A stretch of DNA of 64,000 nt, from the NCBI GenBank assembly GCA_965249575.1, contig OZ252244.1:2944001-3008000 (forward strand), in the 5' to 3' direction. The stretch comes from Gemmatimonadales bacterium (GTDB taxonomy: Bacteria > Gemmatimonadota > Gemmatimonadetes > Gemmatimonadales > GWC2-71-9). Position 1 is the first letter of the stretch; each line of letters starts with the position of its first letter. The notes beneath the pieces were generated by a model. That model did no database searches. It saw only the letters and a list, made by a program, of their open reading frames with translations, and was not told the DNA's origin. Made by a program: the position numbers and the translations under genes. Shown in pieces: positions 21,875 through 31,970 of the stretch.

Positions 21875-22096
21875 GTGAGCAACGGTAGGGATACGGACGC
21901 GTCGTTTTCGGAGATCGAGTCCGAGCGGATACGGCGCGTGATCGTGACGGCGGGGGCTCCGGTCGAATGCCCTCGCTGCAGTGGACGCTTGAGCTTCGAG
22001 GGCCCGGTAATCCGCCGCGTCACGGGCATCCGCGTCATCAAGGTCCGATGCCCGAGGTGTCGGCGGTATCTATTCCTGACCGGGATCCCCACGTGA
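21875..22096 (+). CDS. Small CPRC zinc-ribbon protein Z1 (73 aa)
   Basis: CPRC...CPRC; homologous to 35083-35299 and to the C-terminus of 25918-26331. Confidence 0.65.
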   Translation: MSNGRDTDASFSEIESERIRRVIVTAGAPVECPRCSGRLSFEGPVIRRVTGIRVIKVRCPRCRRYLFLTGIPT

Positions 22097-22105
22097 CGCG
22101 GCGGT

Positions 22106-22867
22106 CTAGGGGGTGTGCGGGACCGCGCCCGCGATCGTCCAAGTAGCTGCATCCCGTAGAATGACAATGGCCGAATCGGTGGCCCGTTCCAGGAACCCGT
22201 CCTCGAGGCGTATTACGGGAACGAGCAAGGTGTCCGGACTCAGCCACCTCGCGTCGCCGGGACCCCACAGCTCCTGATGGAATTGGTCGGGATACGTTTC
22301 GCCCGCTGGATAAAACCTCCACTCCGGCGCGGCGCTGTCTCCGGAAAGGCTCCAGATCGCGATGGAGTTGGGGCAGTAATTCGATACGAGGCAGCGTGAC
22401 GTGACGGCGAAGCGGCCACCGCCCGGTGCCGTGATTGGAAGGGCGGGCACGACGAGAGTTCGGCCGGTCCCGTGGTGAACGAGGACGAAGGTAGTGCCCT
22501 CGTAGAGCTGGGCGTGGACGATGTGATGGCCGTTGGCGGGGTCGAAGGAACGGTAGCTGTAGCGGATCGTGGAATCAGCACCTCCGACGACGTCGGTGAG
22601 GACGATCGAGTCTCCGTTCGAAAGCGCCAAGACCAAATCTGAGCCGCGCCGCTCCGCCCTCCGATAGCCGGCCAGCTGGACCCGCTCGATTGTCTGAGCG
22701 CAGGTGTAACTGTTCTGGATGGTGTCACATATCCCGGCCGGCACAGTGTGCCCGACCGGCGGCGATTGGCCGCCTCCGCACGAGGCTACCGCGACGCAAG
22801 CTAGCAGGCGAAGGGGCGTGCCAGCGCCTCGCCAGATCCCGGGTACAAATCCTTCAAATCGTTTCAC
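22106..22867 (-). CDS. Hypothetical lipoprotein (start uncertain)
   Basis: Lipobox-like VASC; protein-like composition, beta-rich C-terminus. Confidence 0.55.
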   Translation of the reverse strand: MKRFEGFVPGIWRGAGTPLRLLACVAVASCGGGQSPPVGHTVPAGICDTIQNSYTCAQTIERVQLAGYRRAERRGSDLVLALSNGDSIVLTDVVGGADSTIRYSYRSFDPANGHHIVHAQLYEGTTFVLVHHGTGRTLVVPALPITAPGGGRFAVTSRCLVSNYCPNSIAIWSLSGDSAAPEWRFYPAGETYPDQFHQELWGPGDARWLSPDTLLVPVIRLEDGFLERATDSAIVILRDAATWTIAGAVPHTP

Positions 22868-23060
22868 TACAACCGTTTGTGTGGTCGCCGGCCGGGGCGT
22901 ATGCACGCGTTCGAGCGACTTGCCGTTCCCGGTCGGGCCGGCCAAGTTACCCTTCCGTGCGAAGAGAAGGAATCGCCGGTGCGAAAGCGTGCATGCTGGT
23001 GGGGAATGACCCCGCCGGATTCGGTTAGTCAGGCTAGCGTACATGTCCATGGAGGTTGTG

Positions 23061-23900
23061 ATGAGTGGCTATGTGCATCCCGAAGTGTTGGTATCCACGG
23101 AGTGGGTAGCCGACCACGGAAGCGACTCGAACGTTCAAGTGGTCGAGGTGGACGTCGACACGAACGCCTATGGCGAGGGACACGTCGAAGGTGCTGTCGC
23201 GTGGTCGTGGACGACGCAGCTTTGCGACACGGTTCAGCGCGACATCGTGTCGAAGGACGACTTCGAGTCCCTCATGAGGCAGTCCGGCATCAAGAACGAT
23301 ACCACCGTCGTTCTGTACGGTGATAACAACAACTGGTTCGCCGCGTGGGCCCTCTGGCAGATGAAGGTCTACGGTCATGGAGACGTCCGTCTCATGAACG
23401 GAGGGCGGAAGAAATGGCTCGAAGAGGGACGACCGCTGTCCAAGGATGCACCCAAGCCATCGGCCATCCACTACAAGGCGAAGGCGCCGGACACGTCGAT
23501 TCGGGCATTCCTTCCGGAGGTGCAGCAGGCCGTGGACAGGAAGGCTGTAGAGCTGGTCGACGTGCGGAGTCCGCAGGAATTCACGGGCGAGATCCTCGCG
23601 CCACCGGGGTTACCCGAAACCTGCCAGCGGGGAGGCCACATTCCCGGCGCGAGCAACATCCCGTGGGCCAAGGCGTGCAACGAGGATGGGACGTTCAAGG
23701 CTCGGGATGAATTGTCCACGTTGTACGGTGCGGCGGGGATAACCGGTTCCAAGCCGATCATCGCGTACTGCCGCATTGGAGAACGCTCCAGTCACTCGTG
23801 GTTTGTACTCAAGTATCTCTTGGGATACGAGAGCGTGCAGAACTACGACGGAAGTTGGACGGAGTGGGGCAACCTAGTTGGAGCGCCCGTGGAAAAGTAG
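23061..23900 (+). CDS. Thiosulfate sulfurtransferase (two-domain rhodanese)
   Basis: GGAGG RBS; YCRIGERS active site; NYDGSWTEWG. Confidence 0.93.
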   Translation: MSGYVHPEVLVSTEWVADHGSDSNVQVVEVDVDTNAYGEGHVEGAVAWSWTTQLCDTVQRDIVSKDDFESLMRQSGIKNDTTVVLYGDNNNWFAAWALWQMKVYGHGDVRLMNGGRKKWLEEGRPLSKDAPKPSAIHYKAKAPDTSIRAFLPEVQQAVDRKAVELVDVRSPQEFTGEILAPPGLPETCQRGGHIPGASNIPWAKACNEDGTFKARDELSTLYGAAGITGSKPIIAYCRIGERSSHSWFVLKYLLGYESVQNYDGSWTEWGNLVGAPVEK

Positions 23901-24009
23901 ACATTTTGGGGGGCGGGTCGGCCCGGCCGTGCCCAGAACTAGTGTCGCTTCGGTGGTGGGAGCCGGCATTGAATGCGCATTACGAGACGGCCAAATCGAC
24001 CGGAGGCTC

Positions 24010-24228
24010 ATGCTCAGCGAGCTGACAGTCGCGTACGAAGGCAAGCTATATCGATGCCGCTACGAGGCCACTGGAAAGGCTCCGCGAGGGCTGGGGCGGC
24101 CGTCGGATGCCATGTGGGTCGTTGAAGTAAACGGCGTGCACTAAGCGGCCTTCGTTGCCTCCCCCGACGATACAGAGCTGGACGTGCGGCGCCGCATCGT
24201 CGCATGGATTCGCGCCGGAGGGGATTAG
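24010..24228 (+). pseudogene. Small 'YRC...AMWxVEV' family protein Y1 with in-frame TAA at 24142-24144
   Basis: GGAGG RBS; similarity to 33442-33690 continues past the stop (AAFVASPDDTELDVRRRIVAW). Confidence 0.7.
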
Positions 24229-24420
24229 CGCCGCCCAGGATATCTTCATAGTGTGACCGCCGGAACCGGGGACTGCGGCAAGGATTCGCCCGCCCTCTCT
24301 TCACCTGCTGAAACGTCACGGTATTCGCTCGCCGGTCCGGTGGATGTCCCATCCGCGCACCCAAGTGTCCCGAAATCGCCCTAGAGGCCCCCGGGGCGTT
24401 GCCGTACTGTGGGCGGCGGA

Positions 24421-24723
24421 ATGGCTCCAATCACCGAGGAAGACCGCAATCGCGCCTGGGGACTACCGGACGAGTTCTTGTCCATGGAGGGCCCCCGGGC
24501 AGATCGCGTCGTGGATCTGGTCGATTGGTACTGGGGAGGCCACTCCGCCAAGGAGCGAGCGCGGGTGGTTCGGCGCCTCCTAGTCATCCTCGAGCCGCTA
24601 GTGGGGAGAACCACGATCACCGACCTGCTGCGAGAGCGCTGTGTGGCGGCTGTAATTCTGTGGCTGGAGCGGCAAGAATCGGAGGGGGACAGCGGAGACG
24701 CGGGCCCCGTGGCCACTCACTAG
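24421..24723 (+). CDS. Small helical 'MEG...WGG...RCVA' family protein M1 (100 aa)
   Basis: 38/88 ungapped identities (hand alignment) to 34099-34365. Confidence 0.72.
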   Translation: MAPITEEDRNRAWGLPDEFLSMEGPRADRVVDLVDWYWGGHSAKERARVVRRLLVILEPLVGRTTITDLLRERCVAAVILWLERQESEGDSGDAGPVATH

Positions 24724-24962
24724 GGACTCCTGTCCGATGTGCGAGCAGCGAGAGCCTCGCGCCCATTCGAGCCTAGTGTCCAAGCATCGGTTCCGTCCCA
24801 GAGGGAAACGAACCGCAACCCTTTGCGGCCTGCCTGCATCATATAAGAGGACTTACATACCACCTGCGTTGTCGCGAGGTCATGGCGGGTCGGCTGGCGT
24901 GAAGCCGGCGAGGCCCTTTCTCCAGGCGTGGGCGCCAATCGGCCTTTGTACGGGGTAGCGCT

Positions 24963-25766
24963 ATGTACTTATCGGTTCCGAGGACTCTAGGTCTGGGGGT
25001 CGGGTTCGGTCCGGTGCGTTTGCAACGGACGCACGAGGTGGTGGTGGAGCAACTGGTCGCTGCGATTCGAGAGGGCGACTTGGGAGTCGGCGACCGGTTG
25101 CCGTCCGAGCGGAGATTAGCCCGGCAGATGGCGGTGAGCCGATCGGCGTTGCGGGAGGCCATCAAGGTTCTGGTGGAAGCCGGTGTGCTCACCGTCAAGC
25201 CTGGTCCCGCCGGTGGCATGTTCGTGCGGTCGGAGGTGATTCCCGCGCGCGTGCTAGCCGAGGCGACAGCCCTGCGGTTGAGCGACGTCGCCGGGCTGCT
25301 GGAAACGCGGCGGCTGCTCGAGCCACGCGTCGCTCAATTAGCTGCGCTCTACGGTACAAAGGAGGATTTCGAGGGACTGGTGCGGAACGTGGAGTCACAG
25401 CGGAACGCGGCGGAAGACCGTGAAAGGTGTCTTCAATTGGATCAGCGGTTTCACCTTCGAATGGCGCGGGCGACGAAGAACAGCACCGTCGTCGCGTTCA
25501 TGCGGGTACTCATCGGCCAGCTCGCGCTCGCGCGAGAACTGGTGCTGCATGGGCCGTTCGATCCCCAGTGGGCCGTGAGAGCCCACGAACGAACGCTCGG
25601 CGCGGTCCTGAGTGGAGACCCCGACGCGATCGATGCGGCGATGGACGAGCATCTCGCATATCTCGAGCGGCGGTGGGAGGTCGAGAGCGGCCGGGCTCGG
25701 GTTCGCCGCGCCCCGGATTTCCTCCTTCCTCTCGCTCACCGAGCAACCCAACGCGTCAAGTCCTAG
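24963..25766 (+). CDS. GntR/FadR family transcriptional regulator
   Basis: GDRLPSERRLA...VSRSALREA wHTH; FCD domain with DQRFH, ATKN, HE, EHL. Confidence 0.92.
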   Translation: MYLSVPRTLGLGVGFGPVRLQRTHEVVVEQLVAAIREGDLGVGDRLPSERRLARQMAVSRSALREAIKVLVEAGVLTVKPGPAGGMFVRSEVIPARVLAEATALRLSDVAGLLETRRLLEPRVAQLAALYGTKEDFEGLVRNVESQRNAAEDRERCLQLDQRFHLRMARATKNSTVVAFMRVLIGQLALARELVLHGPFDPQWAVRAHERTLGAVLSGDPDAIDAAMDEHLAYLERRWEVESGRARVRRAPDFLLPLAHRATQRVKS

Positions 25767-25917
25767 AGAAATCCCGAACGAAATCCCGTTGGCGCCGCGG
25801 GCGCCGATGTTTCATGCTCTGTTGCGCCTCGAGCCTCTGGCGGTCCCCGATCTGCCGCTGCAGTTTTTATTGATACGTACGACGAGCAGGGTCGCTCACG
25901 CCTGATAACGAGGCCCA

Positions 25918-26331
25918 ATGACGGAATACACTGGCGAAGAACGGCGGAGACGCCGACGCCGGCTGTTGCAGCGCCGTTCCGATGAGGATTGGCGATCCAC
26001 TCATCGTCGGGGTAGCCAGGCGGGAACGTCTCGGGATCGCCGGTCGGGGACCGATCGGCGGGGTGGGCATCGGCGGAGCAGCGGAGAACGGCGCCGGAGC
26101 ATGGAGCGGCGCATGCTGGTCGACTATTGGCGGGATACCCCGGTGACGTACTCGCGCGGCGAGGCTGCGTTGCTTCGCAAGATGGATATAGCCTCCGGGG
26201 CCCGGCTCATATGCCCCCGGTGTGGAGGCGTGCTCGCGGTCGGGCCGCCGAGCATACAGCGAAGCGGGGAGATCCGGGCCGTGTACTGCGCGGGGTGCCA
26301 TCGGAGCGCGATGCTCAGACTGCCGGCTTGA
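25918..26331 (+). CDS. Arg-rich repeat + CPRC zinc-ribbon protein Z2
   Basis: GAGG RBS; N-terminal (D/E)RR repeats; CPRC...CAGC. Confidence 0.7.
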   Translation: MTEYTGEERRRRRRRLLQRRSDEDWRSTHRRGSQAGTSRDRRSGTDRRGGHRRSSGERRRSMERRMLVDYWRDTPVTYSRGEAALLRKMDIASGARLICPRCGGVLAVGPPSIQRSGEIRAVYCAGCHRSAMLRLPA

Positions 26332-26410
26332 GTCAATTACGCGGCCCGCCGTCCCGCGCCGCGCGCCCCTCCGGTGCCAGGCAAGCATCGGAGCGACGTG
26401 TCGTTCTGGC

Positions 26411-27058
26411 CTATTCCATGCGCATGATGTCGCGCAAGCGGGCCAGCCAGTAGTGAGGTCGATGGGGCGCTAGCTCCCGACGGGAAAAAGCCCCCCAGAG
26501 CGCGGCGGCCGTTCGTACTCCGGCGGCCTGTCCGGCTGCCAGGTCGTGTGGCGAATCGCCGATGAAGACCGCGCTGGTGGGGTCACTGTCGAGCAACTCC
26601 AGAGCCTTGAGGACGGGAGCCGGATCGGGCTTGTGCTTCTCAAGGTCGTCGGCAGCGACGAGCACTTCGAACAGGTCGTCCAATCCGCAGTGTGTGAGCC
26701 CGCGAAGTGAGCCCGCGCGCATCTTGCTGGTCACGATGCCGAGTCGGGCACCGCGATCTTTTAACGACTGCACTACTTGGCGTGCTCCCGGGAACTCCCG
26801 CACCAGTCGGTCGTGATGTTCATGGTTGTAATCCCGGTATGTCTGGACCATTCCCTCGAGCTCAGCTGGATCGTTAGCGAATTCGGCGAGTTGGGCTCGC
26901 AGGGGCGTGCCCAAACCTGAAAGCCACAGGTCGTCGGGCGGCACGGAGGCCCGGTGCCGTTCGAGAGTGTGGCGGTACGACATGAGGATGAGCTCGATCG
27001 AATCGATCAGGGTACCGTCGAGATCGAAGAGATATGTGCTGAGAGGCGGGCGCTTCAT
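26411..27058 (-). CDS. HAD-family phosphatase (PpaX/Gph-like)
   Basis: LFDLDGTLIDS, VTSK, KPDP, FIGDS. Confidence 0.9.
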   Translation of the reverse strand: MKRPPLSTYLFDLDGTLIDSIELILMSYRHTLERHRASVPPDDLWLSGLGTPLRAQLAEFANDPAELEGMVQTYRDYNHEHHDRLVREFPGARQVVQSLKDRGARLGIVTSKMRAGSLRGLTHCGLDDLFEVLVAADDLEKHKPDPAPVLKALELLDSDPTSAVFIGDSPHDLAAGQAAGVRTAAALWGAFSRRELAPHRPHYWLARLRDIMRME

Positions 27059-27098
27059 GTCCGAACGATAGTCGTGACGTGCTTTAGGGTCGACCCCG

Positions 27099-27135
27099 GA
27101 GGGTAGGGAATAGGGAGTGCGGGTAAGGGTGGTCA
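27099..27135. repeat. G-rich heptamer-period repeat
   Basis: GAGGGTA GGGAATA GGGAGTG CGGGTAA GGGTGG. Confidence 0.45.
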
Positions 27136-27217
27136 GCGTGTGGCGGGTCGGTAGAGTCATGCGCGGGGCGTATATTGACTACGCCATCGCGGCACGTCCT
27201 GATTCGGTGAGGGGTGG

Positions 27218-29842
27218 ATGCGGGCCGGCACGATTCCAACATCGATTTTCGTTTTCGCTCTCACGGCGAGTTGTTCCGCGCTTGTCGCGCAGGAGGTTCG
27301 CGCGGTGCGCGTGGCTGGAAGCGCTCCGTCAATCGACGGGTTGCTGGACGAAGCGGTCTGGCGAAGCGCCCCGCCGCTGTCGGGGTTCCGTCAGCGCAAT
27401 CCGGTGGAGGGCGCGGCGGCCAGTGAGTCCACCGAGGTTCGGTTCCTGTACACGGACCGAGATCTGTACGTCGGGGTGCGGGCGTTCGACGGCGATCCTC
27501 GCGGGGTGATCGGCCGGCTGACGCGCCGAGATCAGGATGTAGCGGCCGACGAGATCGAGCTGTTCATCGACTCCTACCACGACCGACGCTCGGCGTTCGC
27601 GTTCCGATTGAACCCGTCCGGGGCACGCGCCGACGTGTTTGTGTTCGAGGACGGGGCCGGACGGGACGATTCCTGGGACCCCGTGTACGATTCCGCGACG
27701 GACATCGACTCGCTCGGCTGGACGGCCGAGTTCCGAATCCCGTTCTCTCAGCTCCGCTTTCCGAATCGAGACCCGCTGGAGTTCGGTCTCCGCGTGCGCC
27801 GGTTCATCAATCGCCGAAACGAAGAGGTGAACTGGCCCTTCTTCCCTCGGGATCAGGCGGGTGAGGTGTCTCGCTACGGAGATTTGGTGGGCCTGCGCGG
27901 GGTACCGTCCCCGCGGCGCCTGGAGCTGCTGCCATTTACGGCCGGTGGGAGGAACTTCGAGGCGCGGGATCCAAACGCGTCGTTCAGCCTCTCGGAGTCG
28001 ACCGCGCGCGTCGGCGGCGACGTCAAGCTCGGGCTAACCAGCCGCCTCACCCTGGACCTTACGGTAACCCCTGATTTCGGACAGGTGGAAGCGGATCCAT
28101 CGGTCGTCAATCTCACAGAGTTCGAGACCTTTTTCCCCGAGAAGCGGCCGTTCTTCGTCGAGGGGACGAACCTGTTCAACGTGCGCCTGCCAGGCAGGTT
28201 CGGGGGCGAGCCAGTGGTTTACACCCGGCGCATCGGCCGGGAGCCACAACTCACGGCTAGCGCACCGGGCGGCGTGGTGGACGAGCCCACCGAGACCACC
28301 ATTTTGGGTGCGGCGAAGATGACGGGCCAGTTGGGGCGAGGGTGGGCGCTCGGGGTCCTGCAAGCTCTGACGTCGAAGGAGCGCGCCACGCTCCTCACGA
28401 CCTCGGGGACGGAGATGGGCACGGCGGCGGTCGAGCCGCTCACGGGATACAGTGCCGTGCGCGTGCAGCGGAACACGAAACAGGGCCGGCTCGCCTACGG
28501 CGCCATCGCAACCGGTGTCGTGCGGAACCTCGACGAGGTCAACTTTGATCAACTCCACCAGAGAGCGTTCAGCGGGGGAGCCGACGTGCGCTGGCGCTTC
28601 GGGCAGGATGCCTACGAATTCGAGGCGGCTCTTACCGGCTCCCGGGTCGAAGGCTCGAGCGCAGCGATCGCCAACACGCAACGGAGCTCGGCCCGCTTCT
28701 ACCAGCGGCCCGATAACGACTACACCACCTTCGATCCCTCGCGTACGTCACTATCGGGATTCGCCGCGATGGTCTGGGTCCGGAAGCTGGTGGGATTCGT
28801 GGCGTGGGAAGCCCGTCTCAGCACCAGGAGCCCAGGGTTCGAGGTGAACGACATCGGTTTCATGCGCCGGGCGGATACCCACGACGCCTTTACGAACGTG
28901 CGGTTTCGCTGGCTTGAGCCAGGCCGCGTGTTCCGGCGGTTCGAGATCCGGCTCCGCCAGGATTTTTCCTCAACGTGGGGCTGGGAGCTGGGAAGCACTA
29001 CCAGTGAGGTCCGGTTCGAGGGTCAGCTGCCCAGCTACTGGGAGGGCGATGTCAGCGTCCAGTGGGAGCCGAGGCATATCGATCCCCGAACGACGCGAGG
29101 TGGGCCGGGTCTGCTGCTACCGGCTCACTACCACGTGAACGGTCAGATCAGCAGCGATCCCCGACGACCGTTCGTCGCCGAGTTCTCGTGGCGCTCTACG
29201 ATCGAAGACGAGAGCGGCCGGAAGGAGCTCTTTCCTAACTTCTTTCTCCGGTGGCGGCCGCCCGGCCCGGTGGCGCTGAGCGTGGGCACCCGCGTCGTAT
29301 TCGTGAGCGGGCACGACCGCCAGTATATCACAGAACGGACAGTGGGCGACTCGACCTACTATCTGTTCGGGCGCCTGCGTCGCCGCGAGGTGTCGCTGCA
29401 ATTGAGGACCGACGTAGCGCTCAGCTCGCGACTCACCCTCCAGGTGTACGCGGAGCCGTTGGCTTCCGCGAGGCGGTTCGACCCCCTCAAGCTCATCGGT
29501 TCGCCGCGGGCCGACGACTACGACGATCGGTTCGACGAAATCGGTCCCGACCGGCTCATCCGGCCGGGCCCGGGAACGACCGCGTCGGTGGACGTGGATC
29601 GCGACGGCACGATCGACTTCACGTTTGACGACCCCGACGCCAAGACCATCACCTTGAGAACCAACGTCGTGCTACGCTGGGAATTCAAACCGGGTTCCAC
29701 GCTCTACCTGGTCTGGAACCAAAGCCGCGAGGACGAGTTCGCCGGAGGACGCCTCGATGCGCTGCACGACCTGGGCGATACGTTCAGCGCCACCGGACGG
29801 CATGCCCTGGTGGTGAAAGTGGCGTATTGGATTGGATTGTAG
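27218..29842 (+). CDS. CBM9-like + DUF5916 outer-membrane protein, paralog 2
   Basis: PSIDGLLDEAVW, PDFGQVEADP, EKRPFF, YTRRIG, KVAYWIGL. Confidence 0.87.
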   Translation: MRAGTIPTSIFVFALTASCSALVAQEVRAVRVAGSAPSIDGLLDEAVWRSAPPLSGFRQRNPVEGAAASESTEVRFLYTDRDLYVGVRAFDGDPRGVIGRLTRRDQDVAADEIELFIDSYHDRRSAFAFRLNPSGARADVFVFEDGAGRDDSWDPVYDSATDIDSLGWTAEFRIPFSQLRFPNRDPLEFGLRVRRFINRRNEEVNWPFFPRDQAGEVSRYGDLVGLRGVPSPRRLELLPFTAGGRNFEARDPNASFSLSESTARVGGDVKLGLTSRLTLDLTVTPDFGQVEADPSVVNLTEFETFFPEKRPFFVEGTNLFNVRLPGRFGGEPVVYTRRIGREPQLTASAPGGVVDEPTETTILGAAKMTGQLGRGWALGVLQALTSKERATLLTTSGTEMGTAAVEPLTGYSAVRVQRNTKQGRLAYGAIATGVVRNLDEVNFDQLHQRAFSGGADVRWRFGQDAYEFEAALTGSRVEGSSAAIANTQRSSARFYQRPDNDYTTFDPSRTSLSGFAAMVWVRKLVGFVAWEARLSTRSPGFEVNDIGFMRRADTHDAFTNVRFRWLEPGRVFRRFEIRLRQDFSSTWGWELGSTTSEVRFEGQLPSYWEGDVSVQWEPRHIDPRTTRGGPGLLLPAHYHVNGQISSDPRRPFVAEFSWRSTIEDESGRKELFPNFFLRWRPPGPVALSVGTRVVFVSGHDRQYITERTVGDSTYYLFGRLRRREVSLQLRTDVALSSRLTLQVYAEPLASARRFDPLKLIGSPRADDYDDRFDEIGPDRLIRPGPGTTASVDVDRDGTIDFTFDDPDAKTITLRTNVVLRWEFKPGSTLYLVWNQSREDEFAGGRLDALHDLGDTFSATGRHALVVKVAYWIGL

Positions 29843-29881
29843 GGAGTGGGGAGTGGGGAGTGGGGAGTAGGGGTTAGGGGG
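29840..29881. repeat. Six-copy heptamer tandem repeat T(A/G)GGG(A/G)(G/T)
   Basis: TAGGGAG TGGGGAG TGGGGAG TGGGGAG TAGGGGT TAGGGGG, beginning at the DUF5916 stop codon. Confidence 0.85.
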
Positions 29882-30044
29882 GCGGCGCGGGGCTGCGGGC
29901 GACAACGCCCACGCCTCGGAGGCAGGCCTGGTAGGGCCGCGGGACGGAGGAGGAGTGGGAAGTCCCGCGAACCGGTTGCGCGATCACTCGCGGTTTCAAG
30001 CGGTGGGTGCCCAATACGAGTACTGAGGGGTAGGGATAATAGGC

Positions 30045-30343
30045 CACCGGGGCCCTGACGGCTGTGCCGTTCGACCGGCCCGCCGGCAGGTTACAAGGGC
30101 GGCGATCGAATGATTCTGGAGTGCGAGTCGGTGCTGGCATTGGGGCGCTTCTTTTGCGGCTTCCACCCAGCGACGCTGACGTTCCTGAGCAGGCCGACTT
30201 CGCGATGTGTTCGTCGGGAATTACGGCGTCGCCCGGGAACGGAAGCGGTTCTTGTGACCGCGAAACACCCGGGCGCCCCGGCGCGTAGGATTCATGTCGT
30301 CGTGAACTGGTTCGAGGAGTTGAAGGCAAAGGCAGGGAACTAG
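30045..30343 (+). pseudogene. Decayed C-terminal remnant of a TolB/PD40-repeat Ser/Thr kinase
   Basis: GALTAVPFD fragment and terminal IHVVVNWFEELKAK motif, in different frames. Confidence 0.6.
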
Positions 30344-30344
30344 T

Positions 30345-31970
30345 GTGACCGATCCCTTGAGCCGTCTCACCGCCGCCCTCTCGGACCGCTACGCGATCGA
30401 GCGCGAGCTCGGTTCGGGCGGGATGGCCACCGTCTACCTCGCGGAGGACCTGAAGCACAACCGCCAGGTTGCGGTGAAGGTGTTCCGGCCCGCGGTCGGG
30501 ACCTTGCTCGGCACCGAACGGTTTTTGCGCGAGATCGGGATCGCCGCCCGCTTACAGCACCCCCACATTCTCCCACTGCACGACTCGGGCTCTGCCGACG
30601 GCCTGCTGTACTACGTCATGCCGTACGTGGAGGGTGAATCGCTCGCCGACCGATTGCGGCGCGAGGGGCCCGTCACCCTCGAGACCGCCATGGCCATCAC
30701 GAGGGAGGTCGCGAGCGCGCTTCAGTACGCCCACCGGCAGGGAGTCCTTCACCGGGACATCAAGCCGGCCAACATCCTCCTCTCGGGCGGCCACGCGGTG
30801 GTTGCAGACTTTGGGATTGCTCGCGCGGTGAGCGCCGCGACGGGGCCGCAGATAACCGAAGAGGGGATGGCCGTTGGCACGCCCGCATACATGAGTCCCG
30901 AGCAGGCAACCGCCGAGCCTGGCGATCTCGACGAGCGTTCGGATATCTACAGTCTAGGGTGAGTGCTTTACGAGATGCTGGTCGGCAAGCCACCGTACAC
31001 CGGACCAACCGCGCAGGCAATCTTCGCGCAGATCATAACGTCGCGCCGTTCAGTACTTCCGGGCCCGCCGTTCAGTTTCTCAGCGAGGGGATGGTCGACC
31101 TCCTGTCGACAAATCTGGACGCTGTCGGGGGGATCCGGACCATTGACCCGCGTACCGTTCTGCATCAATGGCGCGAGTGATCCCGAGGTGGCCCCCTCGA
31201 TCTCGAAGCGTCACTCGCGGTTGGGCGGAGCCTCGACGCGGGCTCGGTCCTCGTCGGGAGTGTGGTCGAAGCCGGCCCGGTCGTTCGACTCACGGCCGAG
31301 TTGCGTACGGTCGGTGGTGAGCGGCTGGCTCAGGCCACGGCGGACGGAGAGGCCGACAGCATCCTGTCGCTGGTGGACACGTTGAGTTTCAAGCTGCTGC
31401 GGGAGATCTGGCGGGCACGCACGCCCGTTCCCGACCTGAGGGTCAGCGCGATCACGACTGGCTCCCTCCAGGCCGTGCGAGCCTATCTGCAGGGGGAGCA
31501 GTACTACAGGCGGTCGCAGTGGGACTCAGCCGCCGCTTTCTTTGGAGCGGCAATCGACGCGGACTCGGCGTTCGCCCTCGCTCTCCTACGCATGGGGCAG
31601 ACGATAGGGTGGCTCAGGGGACACGGCTCCCCGCTTGCACTGTGGCTGGGTGAAACAGCCGCCCGGCAGGCCGACCGTCTCCCACTGAGGGAGCGCGAGC
31701 TCGTCGTTGCCAATCGTCTGTTCCAGCAAGGCCGCCTCGCCGCCCTCGATACCCTGCGCGCCTACATCGCTCGATACCCTGAGGACGCGGAAGGATGGTA
31801 CCAATACGGTACCGTCCAGTATGAGGCGCGCCACCTCATTGCAGTCACTCCCCAGGAGCTGTACGCGCCGTTCGACCGCGTACACGAGTTGGATGCATCC
31901 CTCACGCCCGCGTTGATCCGCGCGGTCGAGCTCACGTTGGAAGAAGGCGATAGCGTCAGGTTCGCGCGGC
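30345..31970 (+). pseudogene. Ser/Thr kinase + TolB-N-like + TPR protein, disrupted
   Basis: LGSGGMATVY, VAVK, HRDIKPAN, DFG, GTPAYMSPEQ. TGA at 30960 (SLG*VLYEML), deletion/frameshift near 31070, TGA at 31178, truncation near 31970. Confidence 0.85.

Noticed and set aside
25768..25788. Direct repeat GAAATCCCG x2 as an operator
   Set aside because: Single short instance with no supporting copies
30960..30962. TGA at a Cys position in the kinase (SLG*VLYEML) as selenocysteine
   Set aside because: The Cys is non-catalytic, and the gene has a second TGA plus deletions; nonsense mutation or error is simpler
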